A stretch of DNA of 32,000 bases from positions 2,190,001 to 2,222,000 of the forward strand of contig NC_006512.1 of the NCBI RefSeq assembly GCF_000008465.1, given 5' to 3'. Shown here in pieces: positions 1 to 9,231 of the stretch (its first letter is position 1; each line of letters starts with the position of its first letter). Made by a program: the position numbers and the translations under genes. Origin of the DNA: Idiomarina loihiensis L2TR. Its GTDB lineage: Bacteria; Pseudomonadota; Gammaproteobacteria; Enterobacterales; Alteromonadaceae. A model generated the notes under the pieces. It had not been told where the DNA came from, did no database searches, and saw nothing but the letters and a program-made list of their open reading frames with translations.

Positions 1-908
1 GCCGCGGAACGAGCCCGTAGTATGGGATCTCGGGTTGCCTCAATACCGGTTGGTAACACCAGAGGATCGTAATTTATACCGTGGCATTCACCCTGTAACT
101 GCGGCGTTACCCCGGTAATAACAATTTGTCCCGCTGTAATCTTCTCACGGCTGTCCGGCCATGCTTTTGCTGGATTGTTCTCATCATCTTTCTCATTTGC
201 CAAAGTAAAAACCCAGTCGAAAATGATATTTTCTTTCGCTACCCGGTTGGTAATTTCCTGGTGCAGAGCATCCACACCCTCTAAGTTGTCAGCAGAAACT
301 GAAACCGTCGGCTGCATAGTCCAGCGCACGGCTTGCTTTTCACCGTTTGAATTCACCAGATAAAACGCGTTAATACTGTTATAAGTCTCGGCAGCAAAGC
401 TTCCGCCGGGTTGATATTGCGCTTTCCAGCTTAAAAAGTCACTGCTCTCCGGGTGTTCGGCAAAAAACGTTTGTATTGCTTTGGGGCCTGCCTGAATCGC
501 CTGAATTTGCTGATAAAAAGTATGCGGATCTTTAACCGCCATAACTGGCGGCGTATTCATTGCAATACGCCATTGCTCGGTCGAATTCATGGCAAAGCTC
601 AGAGCTAAACTGCGTACCGGTGCTTTTAAGTCAGGCGCTGTTGGATTATTACCGGCTACCGAAAATCGGCCGATAAAAGACATGGATCCCGTTTCAAATA
701 GTGCCGTTTTTGAATAGCTGGCTAACTGCCCGTTTGAACGAAACTCACCACTAACGCAAATGCCTTTTGCGTGAGCACGCCGAAAGCCTTCATGGGCGGT
801 TTCTCCCTGCTGTAAATTCACAAACTCTTGCGCACTAACTTTGGGGGGATCATCGGCTGCCACGCTCATTATTGGCGCCAACAATAATGCCAGATATTGT
901 TTTTTCAT
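1..908 (-). CDS. catalase-related peroxidase (small catalase-family haem protein), N-terminal 302 codons; the C-terminus lies left of the window
   Basis: Absent from the ORF track because no stop falls inside the window. Hand translation of the minus strand from ATG 908-906 stays open to base 3: MKKQYLALLLAPIMSVAADDPPKVSAQEFVNLQQGETAHEGFRRAHAKGICVSGEFRSNG... It has a signal peptide followed by the FRRAHAKG-x-C block typical of catalase-related (SrpA-like) proteins. Confidence 0.75.
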   Translation of the reverse strand, partial: MKKQYLALLLAPIMSVAADDPPKVSAQEFVNLQQGETAHEGFRRAHAKGICVSGEFRSNGQLASYSKTALFETGSMSFIGRFSVAGNNPTAPDLKAPVRSLALSFAMNSTEQWRIAMNTPPVMAVKDPHTFYQQIQAIQAGPKAIQTFFAEHPESSDFLSWKAQYQPGGSFAAETYNSINAFYLVNSNGEKQAVRWTMQPTVSVSADNLEGVDALHQEITNRVAKENIIFDWVFTLANEKDDENNPAKAWPDSREKITAGQIVITGVTPQLQGECHGINYDPLVLPTGIEATRDPILRARSA

Positions 909-949
909 GTCGAAAGTACTCTTGTTATCATTCTTTCGGTTAGAGTATA

Positions 950-1348
950 TCAGTCAATCGAGCACTGCGAGCAGCGTTCTTTACCTGTTAATAGCTTGGA
1001 AATGCGGTTGCGGTAACGCGCGAAAAATAAGTACGCTTTATCGGCAAACCATCGAATCACAGGCCAGCGTAAAGGGGCAATCATCCAGCCTTTCCCCACC
1101 AGCGACCAGGCCGCATAGGTGACATCCAGACCATAAATCATTTCACCTGAACGGGTCTGTCCGTGTAAATACTGGTTAGCCTTAGCAACGTCTACTGCAG
1201 GATAGCGCTGATTAAAATCCGACTCGTTAATATTCTCAAATTGGATCTTTCTTTGTTCATCCAGCTTCCTTAAATGACGCATCTCTTTCACGCATAACGG
1301 ACATCCACCGTCGAAGAAGATAACAAGTTTCGAACTTTGCTCTGACAT
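950..1348 (-). CDS. thiol-disulfide oxidoreductase, DCC family (DUF393)
   Basis: FFDGGCPLC motif near the N-terminus, about 130 aa. The track ORF starts at GTG 1357, but a GGTGG Shine-Dalgarno sits 5 nt before ATG 1348 (MSEQSSKLVIFFDGGCPLC). Confidence 0.75.
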   Translation of the reverse strand: MSEQSSKLVIFFDGGCPLCVKEMRHLRKLDEQRKIQFENINESDFNQRYPAVDVAKANQYLHGQTRSGEMIYGLDVTYAAWSLVGKGWMIAPLRWPVIRWFADKAYLFFARYRNRISKLLTGKERCSQCSID

Positions 1349-1542
1349 TAGAACCACCGTTTTGCGAATTACACCTTCTTATACGCTGTTTTTGCGTATT
1401 TGACTCATAATGTAATGCGAAAATCGGTCTGCTTATCTCACAATACGACATTGCCACGCAGCCAGACTTAATAAGCAGTGCTAGTCTCTTTATGATACTT
1501 GGCGCAGACGCGCTGCAACTCGCTCCAAAATAAGAGGCAAGG

Positions 1543-2418
1543 ATGCCAAAACTCTCTAGAATTCATCTTGTTTATTTAGTGGCATTTTTTATCGCTGCCT
1601 TTTGTACCTTGCCTGCAGCCGCATGGCAGAACTCAACGCAAACCCAGCTCGCAAAAGTGTATGAACAGGACAATACCATCCCCATTAGCAACTACTTAGT
1701 AAGTGAAAAATACGATGGTATCCGGGCCATTTGGACAGGATCGCAACTACTGACCCGACAAGGCAACCTGATATCAGCTCCGGAATGGTTTACTGCACCG
1801 CTACCCGCCGTTTGGCTTGACGGTGAACTGTGGACAAAACGTCAGAACTTTGAGGCGCTAAGCTCTATTGTGCGCACCCAAACACCAAAGGACAACCGTT
1901 GGCGGAAAGTGAAGTATATGGTGTTTGATATGCCTGACGCACAGCTACCTTTTGAGGAACGATACAAAAACTACTCAAAGTTAATTGAGCAAGTAAACGC
2001 TGAACATATTAAAGCAGTACAACAACAGCGGTTTCATTCCAATCATGAATTAAGCGAGCACCTGCAAGCCATGGTTGATCAAGGCGCAGAAGGCCTGATG
2101 TTGCACTTAGCTACAGCGCTTCATCAGTCGGGTAGAAGCGACGCTTTATTGAAGCTAAAGCCCTATTTCGATGAAGAGGCCGAGGTCATCGCGCATTTAC
2201 CCGGCAAAGGTAAATACACCGACATGCTCGGTGCGCTGCGCGTGCGCAATCAGCAAGGCATTGAATTTTCTGTTGGCACCGGATTCACCGACGCGGAACG
2301 CGCTAACCCTCCGCCTGTCGGCAGTATCATTACCTACAAGTATCACGGCTACACCAGTAATGGCGTGCCACGCTTTGCCAGCTTTTTACGAATTAGGGAG
2401 GTTGTAGAGGGTGAATAA
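1543..2418 (+). CDS. ATP-dependent DNA ligase, minimal Lig E type with N-terminal signal peptide
   Basis: Adenylation motif I SEKYDGIRAIW (KxDG). Size about 290 aa. C-terminal OB-fold-like KYHGYTSNGVPRFASFLRIR. Hydrophobic leader MPKLSRIHLVYLVAFFIAAFCTLPAAAW. Confidence 0.85.
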   Translation: MPKLSRIHLVYLVAFFIAAFCTLPAAAWQNSTQTQLAKVYEQDNTIPISNYLVSEKYDGIRAIWTGSQLLTRQGNLISAPEWFTAPLPAVWLDGELWTKRQNFEALSSIVRTQTPKDNRWRKVKYMVFDMPDAQLPFEERYKNYSKLIEQVNAEHIKAVQQQRFHSNHELSEHLQAMVDQGAEGLMLHLATALHQSGRSDALLKLKPYFDEEAEVIAHLPGKGKYTDMLGALRVRNQQGIEFSVGTGFTDAERANPPPVGSIITYKYHGYTSNGVPRFASFLRIREVVEGE

Positions 2419-2464
2419 GCTTTTAGACACGGTGCGTATGCAAAAAATACAAAGAAACCACGAA

Positions 2465-2492
2465 TTGACAACGTTGCGCAACACGCTACACT
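2465..2492 (+). promoter_or_regulatory. putative sigma-70 promoter of higBA with a palindromic operator in the spacer
   Basis: TTGACA (2465-2470), 16-nt spacer, TACACT (2487-2492). The spacer holds a perfect 10-bp palindrome GTTGCGCAAC (2473-2482). The higB ATG is at 2501, so the transcript would be nearly leaderless. Confidence 0.5.
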
Positions 2493-2500
2493 AAGAGCTC

Positions 2501-2779
2501 ATGATCAAAACTTTCAAGCACAAAGGACTGAGGCTTTACTTCGAAATTGGAAGTACTCGTGGAATTCAAGCGAACCATGCAGCAAGGTTACGTATGCAGT
2601 TAGTGGCATTAAATACAGCTATGAAAGTTTCAGATCTCGACATTCCGGGATACAAACTGCACCCGTTAAAAGGTAGTCGAAAAAATATTTGGTCGATAGC
2701 GGTTAGTGGCAACTGGCGTTTAACCTTCGAGTTTCGTGATGGTCATGTATATCTACTTAATTACGAGGATTATCACTGA
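2501..2779 (+). CDS. higB: type II toxin HigB (RelE/ParE superfamily, plasmid-maintenance killer type)
   Basis: 92 aa, MIKTFKHKGL...LHPLKGSRKNIWSIAVSGNWRLTFEFRDGHVYLLNYEDYH is the typical HigB pattern. The toxin-first order and 1-nt overlap with the HTH antitoxin are also typical. Confidence 0.85.
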   Translation: MIKTFKHKGLRLYFEIGSTRGIQANHAARLRMQLVALNTAMKVSDLDIPGYKLHPLKGSRKNIWSIAVSGNWRLTFEFRDGHVYLLNYEDYH

Positions 2780-3075
2780 TGTCTATTATGTTTAACCCAG
2801 CCCACCCAGGCGAATTTATTCTAGCAACTTATATGCAGCCTTTTGGCTTGAGTTGCCGGTATTTAGCTACAAAGTTAAATGTTTCTCCATCCACTTTAAA
2901 CAGAGTTTTGAAATGCCAAAGTGGTATAAGCCCTGAAATGGCGTTGCGTTTATCCAAAGCTTTGGGCAGAAGTCCGGAGAGTTGGCTAGCGATGCAGGAT
3001 GCATACGATTTATGGCATGCTGGAAAAAACTTAAGTTTAGATAAGGTTCAGAAGCTTGATCTTACGATCGCATGA
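2779..3075 (+). CDS. higA: HigA antitoxin (XRE-type HTH)
   Basis: 98 aa with PAHPGEFI start and HTH LATKLNVSPSTLNRVLKCQSGISPEMALRLSKALG, immediately downstream of higB. Confidence 0.85.
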   Translation: MSIMFNPAHPGEFILATYMQPFGLSCRYLATKLNVSPSTLNRVLKCQSGISPEMALRLSKALGRSPESWLAMQDAYDLWHAGKNLSLDKVQKLDLTIA

Positions 3076-3228
3076 TAAATGCCTAACAGGCTCGCTGCTA
3101 TATCCAGCGTTGACTCGCGTAAACGCTCAAATACCTACATTCGATGAGCGCAATACAAAAGATCAAGTTAAAGCGCGTTTGCATGGCAAAAAGCCAAGCT
3201 GATTAAGAATACAAAACAGCAGACCATT

Positions 3229-3269
3229 GTCCGCGAGATCATAACGGACAGTGTGACTGTCCGCGGACA
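3229..3269 (+). promoter_or_regulatory. putative upstream activator sequence (enhancer-binding-protein sites) for the sigma-54 promoter
   Basis: Nested palindromes: CGGACAGT-gtg-ACTGTCCG (3245-3263) and GTCCGCGGAC (3260-3269). TGTCCGCG occurs twice (3228-3235 and 3258-3265), 30 bp apart. The block lies about 60-100 bp upstream of the -24/-12 element. Confidence 0.45.
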
Positions 3270-3324
3270 CTTGATTAAAAACTCAAAAAATAACTAAATC
3301 CTTTAAAATCAAAAGGTTAAATTC

Positions 3325-3340
3325 TGGCACCGAAAATGCA
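3325..3340 (+). promoter_or_regulatory. sigma-54 (-24/-12) promoter
   Basis: TGGCACcgaaaaTGCA has GG and GC at the canonical 10-nt offset (consensus TGGCACG-N4-TTGCW). It sits 48 nt upstream of ATG 3388, with AGGA at 3375-3378. The operon encodes its own sigma-54 activator. Confidence 0.7.
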
Positions 3341-3387
3341 ATGGAGATATAAGACTTAAACATATCGCATCGCCAGGATAACAACGC

Positions 3388-4656
3388 ATGATTGAAGGAA
3401 CCAGCCAACAAGACCATATTATTCAGCGTCCAGCGAAAAGCACGCTACGCCGATTTCTCCCTAGCGTCGCCGCTGTCAGTCTTCTGCTTGTGTTGGCAGT
3501 GGCTATTTTTCAGTCGTTTGGACAAAGCGCCAGTTTGACTTTACCGCGTAACCAGATGCAATTCGCCACCGTACAACGTGGCGATTTAGTACGCGACATT
3601 TCAGTGCAAGGTAAAATTGTGGCTGCCAACGCTCCTACGCTGTACAGCCAAGAAATCGGTCAGGTGCAGCTGTTTAAACAGCCCGGTGAAGCTGTAAAAC
3701 AGGGCGATTTACTCGCGACTATCACCAGCCCGGCGCTACAGAATGATTTACAGCAGCAAGAAGCCGTGCTCGCCGGAATGCAAAGCGAAGCCGAGCGCGC
3801 TGAGTTGGCCGCACGCGAGCAGCAATTAGATACTGAACAGGTCATGAATACAGCTCAGGTCAACTTGTTGGCTGCACAGCGTGAGCTGCAACGAGCCCAC
3901 CAAGCCATTGAATTCGGTGTTATCCGACAACTGGATTTCAACATTGCTGAAGACAACCTGGCAACCTCCGAGCTTGAATTCGAGCATGCCAAACGCAAAG
4001 TCGAACTGGCTCGCGATAAGCTGAGCTTTGAACAGAGTTCCCGCGTCCAGTCAATTCACCGCCAGCAACTGGTAGTCGACGAGCTACAACGCAAAGTGAG
4101 GGCTCTCAATATTACCGCTCCTGTCACGGGTCAGCTGGGTAACTGGCTGGTTGAGCAACAAAGCCACGTACTACCGGGACAAGCGCTGTTGACCGTAATT
4201 GATTTAAGCCAGTATGAAGCAGAACTCTCGATCCCGGAAAGCTACGCACGCGATTTGCTAGCCGGGCAAGCAGTGGAAGTGCAATTAGGTCGACAGCAGT
4301 TGCGCGGAGCCATCAGTTACATAGCGCCGGAAGTACGTGACAACCAAGTTAGCGCCCGGGTGCGCTTCAGCGAAGCGGACAGCAGCCAGTTACGCCAAAG
4401 CCAGCGCGTGACCGCCCGCGTGGTTCTGGAACATAAGGAAGATGTACTGATGATTGCCCGCGGTGATTTTGTCAGCTCAGGAGGTGGTCGAGAAGCCTAC
4501 CAGGTTATCGATGATCAGGCCGTGCGTAAACCGGTACAACTCGGAGCACTGTCGGTGCAGTGGGTAGAAATACTTGAGGGTGGCACCGAAGGCGAGCAAT
4601 GGGTGATTTCAAATCTGAGTGAGTTTAAAGGCCAGGACAGGGTCAATCTAAATTAA
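3388..4656 (+). CDS. HlyD-family periplasmic adaptor (MacA-like membrane fusion protein)
   Basis: N-terminal TM anchor, long coiled-coil hairpin region (Q/E/A/L-rich), barrel-sandwich and beta-barrel C-terminus. First gene before the ABC ATPase and FtsX permeases. Confidence 0.8.
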   Translation: MIEGTSQQDHIIQRPAKSTLRRFLPSVAAVSLLLVLAVAIFQSFGQSASLTLPRNQMQFATVQRGDLVRDISVQGKIVAANAPTLYSQEIGQVQLFKQPGEAVKQGDLLATITSPALQNDLQQQEAVLAGMQSEAERAELAAREQQLDTEQVMNTAQVNLLAAQRELQRAHQAIEFGVIRQLDFNIAEDNLATSELEFEHAKRKVELARDKLSFEQSSRVQSIHRQQLVVDELQRKVRALNITAPVTGQLGNWLVEQQSHVLPGQALLTVIDLSQYEAELSIPESYARDLLAGQAVEVQLGRQQLRGAISYIAPEVRDNQVSARVRFSEADSSQLRQSQRVTARVVLEHKEDVLMIARGDFVSSGGGREAYQVIDDQAVRKPVQLGALSVQWVEILEGGTEGEQWVISNLSEFKGQDRVNLN

Positions 4657-4696
4657 TAACACGACAAATTTTATGACTTAACACAAGGAACAACCA

Positions 4697-5395
4697 ATGA
4701 TAACGCTAACAAATTTAAGCAAGATCTTCCGCACTGAGCTCATTGAAACCCATGCGTTGCGCGAGGTGAATTTGCAGGTCAACGAGGGCGAATTTGTCGC
4801 TCTCACCGGCCCTTCCGGTTCAGGCAAGTCAACGCTGTTGAATATTCTAGGCACCCTTGAGGGCTTTGATAGCGGTGACTACTTACTTGATGGGCAATCC
4901 GTAAAAGGCTTGTCGGACTCAGCGCTGTCACAGTTACGCAACGAAAAAATTGGTTTTATCTTTCAAAGTTTTAACTTAATTAAAGACTTCAGTATCTACG
5001 ACAACATCGAGCTGCCTTTACGTTATCGTGGCTTAAAAGCAGCGGAACGCAAACAGCGTATCGAACAAGCATTAGAGCTCGTCGGCCTCCACGCACGACG
5101 TGACTATCTGCCTGCTCAGTTGTCCGGTGGTCAGCAGCAGCGTGTCGCCATCGCTCGCGCAATTGCCGGTCAACCCCGCATTCTGCTTGCCGATGAGCCC
5201 ACCGGTAACCTCGACTCGTTAATGGCTCGTCAGGTTATGGAACTGTTAGAAAAAATTAATCAGCAAGGCTGTACCATTTTAATGGTTACCCACGATCCGG
5301 ATCAGGCTCGCCGTGCTGCCCGCAATATTCAAATTGTCGATGGCCAACTGCATGACAGCACGCTGTACGAGCCACTGGCAGCTCACAGCGCTTAA
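4697..5395 (+). CDS. ABC transporter ATP-binding protein (MacB/LolD-type)
   Basis: Walker A GPSGSGKST, signature LSGGQQQR, Walker B LLADEPTGNLD, H-loop VTHD. Confidence 0.9.
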   Translation: MITLTNLSKIFRTELIETHALREVNLQVNEGEFVALTGPSGSGKSTLLNILGTLEGFDSGDYLLDGQSVKGLSDSALSQLRNEKIGFIFQSFNLIKDFSIYDNIELPLRYRGLKAAERKQRIEQALELVGLHARRDYLPAQLSGGQQQRVAIARAIAGQPRILLADEPTGNLDSLMARQVMELLEKINQQGCTILMVTHDPDQARRAARNIQIVDGQLHDSTLYEPLAAHSA

Positions 5396-5405
5396 AGGAA
5401 AGACT

Positions 5406-6704
5406 ATGGAACAGTTTATTTATTACCTTAAAGTGAGTCTACTCAGCATTAAGCGAGCACCACTACCTTACGCCTTAACCGTTTTTATTCTGAGTGTCGG
5501 CCTGGGCGTATTTTTCGCTAATGCCACTTTCTATTACCAGTTGAACTCTGACCCATTGCCGCACAAAAGCGACAAGCTGTTTTTTCCCATGACATTGATA
5601 ACACCAAACGACTGCAATAACTGTCGCCCTCCCCGAGTGCTTAGTTACAGCAATGTCCAGAAACTGTCAGCAAGTGATATACCTTCCGCTCAGGCGGCTA
5701 TGTATAGCAGCGATGGTTACGCCCGGTTAAGCGTTGACCAGCCACCAACCCCAGTTTCTATACGTATTACCCAACGTGACTTCTTCAAAATGTTTGAGGT
5801 GCCGCTATTACACGGTTCGATGTGGGCCGACGATGAAGCCCACAATGAAGTTTTGCTTACCCGCGCCATGGCATTAAAACTACTCGGTCGTACCGACGTG
5901 GTGGGCGAATCAATACTGCTGGATGACCGCAATGTCAGTGTCATCGGGGTTCTGGATGACTGGCAGATGTTACCGCGCCTATATGATGCGAATGGACGTA
6001 ATCATTTAAGTGCTGGCGAAGACATTTTTCTCCCTCTGGAAACGGGTTACGACCTAAATTATCTGTCTAGAACCAACTCACAAACCTTTGACGATACAGA
6101 CTATCGTCAATTAGCCACGGAAGGTCGAACAGGTGCCTTGCACCAGTTGCAATACTGGGTGCAACTGGATACTGAAGAACAACAGCAAGCTTACAAACAA
6201 TTTATGCAAAGCCTGGCCGAAGACGAAAAAGCAGCGGGTCGCCACCCGGCTCCGATCAATAATCAGCTTGTACCCATGCGTAATATTGTCGACTACTTTG
6301 GGGACGACCCCGGCGATATCAAAGCCTTTGCTCTGGTCACTTTGCTGTTCCTGGTGGTGTGTTTGTTTAATGCCAGTCATTTAGCGCTCAACCGTTATTT
6401 GAGTAATCAATATGAATTTAGCCTGCGCCGGGCGTTGGGGGCCAGCCGTAGCCAGTTACAGTTGCAAATGCTTGCTGATGTGCTTTTGATGACATTCCTT
6501 TCCATTACCGGCGCATTAATTATTGGCTACGCAGGCGTTTCATTAATGAATACGCTACTACCCCGCAATAGCCTGTTCTCTGACTGGAACCTTACCTTAA
6601 TGGCAGGGCTAATGTTGACTGCGTTTTTCTGTAGTTACCTAGTCACTCTGTACCCGTCAATTCGTGCCTCGTTTGGTTCATTGAATCAGCAGTTAAAGGA
6701 ATAA
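5406..6704 (+). CDS. ABC transporter permease, FtsX/MacB-type with large periplasmic domain
   Basis: The track ORF starts at 5313 inside the ATPase gene. ATG 5406 (MEQFIYYLKV) follows AAGGAAAG and the upstream stop. It has an N-terminal TM, a periplasmic domain of about 300 aa, and a C-terminal FtsX-like 3-TM module (RRALGASRSQL). Confidence 0.8.
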   Translation: MEQFIYYLKVSLLSIKRAPLPYALTVFILSVGLGVFFANATFYYQLNSDPLPHKSDKLFFPMTLITPNDCNNCRPPRVLSYSNVQKLSASDIPSAQAAMYSSDGYARLSVDQPPTPVSIRITQRDFFKMFEVPLLHGSMWADDEAHNEVLLTRAMALKLLGRTDVVGESILLDDRNVSVIGVLDDWQMLPRLYDANGRNHLSAGEDIFLPLETGYDLNYLSRTNSQTFDDTDYRQLATEGRTGALHQLQYWVQLDTEEQQQAYKQFMQSLAEDEKAAGRHPAPINNQLVPMRNIVDYFGDDPGDIKAFALVTLLFLVVCLFNASHLALNRYLSNQYEFSLRRALGASRSQLQLQMLADVLLMTFLSITGALIIGYAGVSLMNTLLPRNSLFSDWNLTLMAGLMLTAFFCSYLVTLYPSIRASFGSLNQQLKE

Positions 6705-6709
6705 ACACC

Positions 6710-7903
6710 ATGTCATTACCACTACTTTTCAAAGTATTGCTGACCCGTAAAGTGGTTACCATTTTATTGCTGTTACAGCTGGCTATTACTCTGGCACTCT
6801 TACTCAACAGTGTGCTGCTGGCACAGCAAACGCACCAACAACTGAATCAGCCAACCGGCCTCGATTTGGAAGAGACCCTGTTGGTACAAATAAAACCTAC
6901 CACACCGCAACTTCGGGCGTACCCGCTATTAGAAGATCTGCTGGAACGTCAGCTCAATGCACTGCGGAATATTCCCGGTGTTGTCGCAGCAGCCTATAGC
7001 AATCAGGGCATGCTGCTCCAGGGAGGAAATAATGGCAACGTCTATAATGTCGATGACGAAGAGCGAAGCAACACCTCAAGTGTGCCAATCTACTTCGTCT
7101 CAGCCGACTATTTTAAGGTTCTGGGCGTCGATGTGTTGCAGGGTAGACTTCCACAGCAGTCCAGCCTTTTTACTAAAGAGAGTTTCCCCAGCGTGGTCCT
7201 CACTCAAAGTCTCGCTGAACATCTGTTTCCAGAGCAGTCAGCTGTGGGCCGCCAGCTTAACCGCGGTTCGGTAAGTGCGGTAATAAGTGATTTTTATGGT
7301 CAACGTAATGGTGAGAACGTAATGTATAACAGCATTCAGGTTACCCGTCCCTTCAGCGTAGACTGGGGGTACACATTGTTGCTGAGAACATCGCCCGGTC
7401 AAACCTCAGCTGTTCGCCAACAATTAACCACCGTATTACAGCAGGTCGAACCCAACATCGAAATTTTCCATATTCGGAGCCTTGCCGAGCAGCAGCAACA
7501 GCTCTATCGCAATGAATATGGCCTGGCTACTCTGCTCACTATTCTCAGTGCTTTAATGCTAGTCGTCACCATGATTTCGAGCTACAGCAGTACCCACTTT
7601 CAGGTATTAAAACGCCAGCAGGAAATTGGCATCAAGCGCGCTTTGGGTGCCAGTAAGCGGCTGATTTTTATTGAGCTATTAAGTGAAGGTTGGTTATGTA
7701 CCTTAATCGGTACACTGCTTGGCATCGGTTGCGCGCTGCTTCTCAACCATGGTTTATCACAGGTTATCAGCTTGCCATCACTCAACTGGTGGCTGCCGTT
7801 GTTGACCGGCGCTATTTTGTTATTCTCTGTCACCCTGGCCATATGGTATCCTGCAACCATTGCTACCCGGGTGTCTCCCGCCACTGCTACCAAAGCTTTA
7901 TAA
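6710..7903 (+). CDS. second ABC transporter permease, FtsX/MacB-type
   Basis: Same architecture as the preceding gene; FtsX motif KRALGASKRLIF; AAGGA Shine-Dalgarno before the ATG. Confidence 0.8.
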   Translation: MSLPLLFKVLLTRKVVTILLLLQLAITLALLLNSVLLAQQTHQQLNQPTGLDLEETLLVQIKPTTPQLRAYPLLEDLLERQLNALRNIPGVVAAAYSNQGMLLQGGNNGNVYNVDDEERSNTSSVPIYFVSADYFKVLGVDVLQGRLPQQSSLFTKESFPSVVLTQSLAEHLFPEQSAVGRQLNRGSVSAVISDFYGQRNGENVMYNSIQVTRPFSVDWGYTLLLRTSPGQTSAVRQQLTTVLQQVEPNIEIFHIRSLAEQQQQLYRNEYGLATLLTILSALMLVVTMISSYSSTHFQVLKRQQEIGIKRALGASKRLIFIELLSEGWLCTLIGTLLGIGCALLLNHGLSQVISLPSLNWWLPLLTGAILLFSVTLAIWYPATIATRVSPATATKAL

Positions 7904-7905
7904 CA

Positions 7906-9231
7906 ATGCTTAATATATTGGTTATTGATGACAGTTCATCCATTTGCCAGGCTCTGCAGACGCTGTTTTCTCTGCAGGGCTACCAAGTGTGCTGCGCAAC
8001 AACGCCTGAACAGGCGTGGCAGGTGTTAGGTGAACAACCTATCGATTTGATTCTGCAGGACATGAATTTTTCCGTGGGTGAAATGCAGGGGGATCAAGGA
8101 AAAGCCTTGTTCTACCAATTGCGCCAGCAATATCCTGGCTTGCCTATTGTGTTGATGACGGCCTGGACTCAGTTGGATATGGTAGTCGAGTTGGTGAAAG
8201 CTGGAGCCACCGACTACATTGCCAAACCCTGGGACGATCAGCGTTTATTGCTCACTGTGGCCAATGCGCTCAAGTTAAAGCAGCTAAGCGAGCAACAAGC
8301 GCGTAGAGACGAAGAGCGACAGGCAGCTTTTGCCGACAAAGATCTCTGTGGGCTAGTCTTCGCCAGCAATAAGATGCAGCAATTAGTGCAAATGACATTG
8401 CAGCTCGCCCCGGCTAATGCAGCAGTGCTTATAACCGGCCCCAATGGAGCCGGTAAAGAAGGCATTGCCAACGTGTTGCACGCTAACTCGCCACGTAAAG
8501 ACAAGCCGTTTGTTAAGGTCAACATGGGGGCTCTGCCTGCCGACTTAATGGAAGCTGAACTCTTTGGTGCGGAGGCCGGTGCCTATAGTGGTGCGAACAA
8601 AACTCGTATTGGACGTTTTGAAGCCGCCGATGGTGGCAGTCTATTCCTGGACGAGATTGGTAATTTGTCATTATCCGGCCAGGCCAAGCTACTGCGGGTA
8701 CTGCAAACCGGTGAATATGAACGCCTAGGCTCCAGCGTCACTCGCCGCGTTGATGTCCGCCTAATTAGTGCTACCAATACCGATTTAACTACCGCTATTG
8801 CGCAGGGAGAGTTTCGTCAGGACTTATACTATCGGGTTAATGTGGTGCAACTTGCCCTCCCCGCATTAGCCGAACGCCCGGACGACATTCTGCCACTGGC
8901 ACGTTACTTTCTCGGCGGCGAGAAAAACCTCTCCCACGATGCCGAGCAACTCTTGTTAAGCTACCACTGGCCGGGCAACGTGCGGGAACTGCAGAATGCC
9001 TGCCAACGGGCGCTTTTGCTAAGTAACAACAGCACTATTAACAGCGCCAACTTAGGACTTCCCGATACATCAAGTGCCGGTAAACGCGCATTGGATGATA
9101 TTGACCGAAGCGCTATCGACCAGGCCTTACTGCAAGCTGGTGGCGTCATTTCACGCGCAGCTAAACAACTCGGTATAAGCCGTCAGGCACTGTATCGACG
9201 CATGGAGTTTTACGGTATTGAAACGCCTTAA
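7906..9231 (+). CDS. sigma-54-dependent response regulator (NtrC family: receiver, AAA+, Fis-type HTH)
   Basis: True start is ATG 7906 (MLNILVIDDSSS), directly after stop 7901-7903; the track start 7690 overlaps the permease. Phospho-acceptor LILQDMNF, Walker A GPNGAGKE, GAFTGA-loop variant GAYSGA, Walker B LFLDEIG, WPGNVREL, C-terminal HTH AAKQLGISRQALYRRM. Confidence 0.9.
   Translation: MLNILVIDDSSSICQALQTLFSLQGYQVCCATTPEQAWQVLGEQPIDLILQDMNFSVGEMQGDQGKALFYQLRQQYPGLPIVLMTAWTQLDMVVELVKAGATDYIAKPWDDQRLLLTVANALKLKQLSEQQARRDEERQAAFADKDLCGLVFASNKMQQLVQMTLQLAPANAAVLITGPNGAGKEGIANVLHANSPRKDKPFVKVNMGALPADLMEAELFGAEAGAYSGANKTRIGRFEAADGGSLFLDEIGNLSLSGQAKLLRVLQTGEYERLGSSVTRRVDVRLISATNTDLTTAIAQGEFRQDLYYRVNVVQLALPALAERPDDILPLARYFLGGEKNLSHDAEQLLLSYHWPGNVRELQNACQRALLLSNNSTINSANLGLPDTSSAGKRALDDIDRSAIDQALLQAGGVISRAAKQLGISRQALYRRMEFYGIETP

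Noticed and set aside
175-1122. Track ORFs 175-363(+) and 841-1122(+).
   Set aside because: Both are antisense to, or overlap, the long open catalase-related frame and the DCC gene. They have no motifs.
3184-3199. A second sigma-54-like element, TGGCAAAAAGCCAAGC.
   Set aside because: The GG-to-GC spacing is off by one and the -12 region is poor. The element at 3325-3340 fits and is correctly placed.
5313-5405. N-terminal extension of the first permease ORF in the track (start 5313).
   Set aside because: It overlaps the 3' end of the ATPase gene in another frame. ATG 5406 has a Shine-Dalgarno and begins the expected TM helix.
7690-7905. N-terminal extension of the response-regulator ORF in the track (start 7690).
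   Set aside because: It lies entirely inside the second permease gene. The receiver domain begins at ATG 7906, right after the permease stop.
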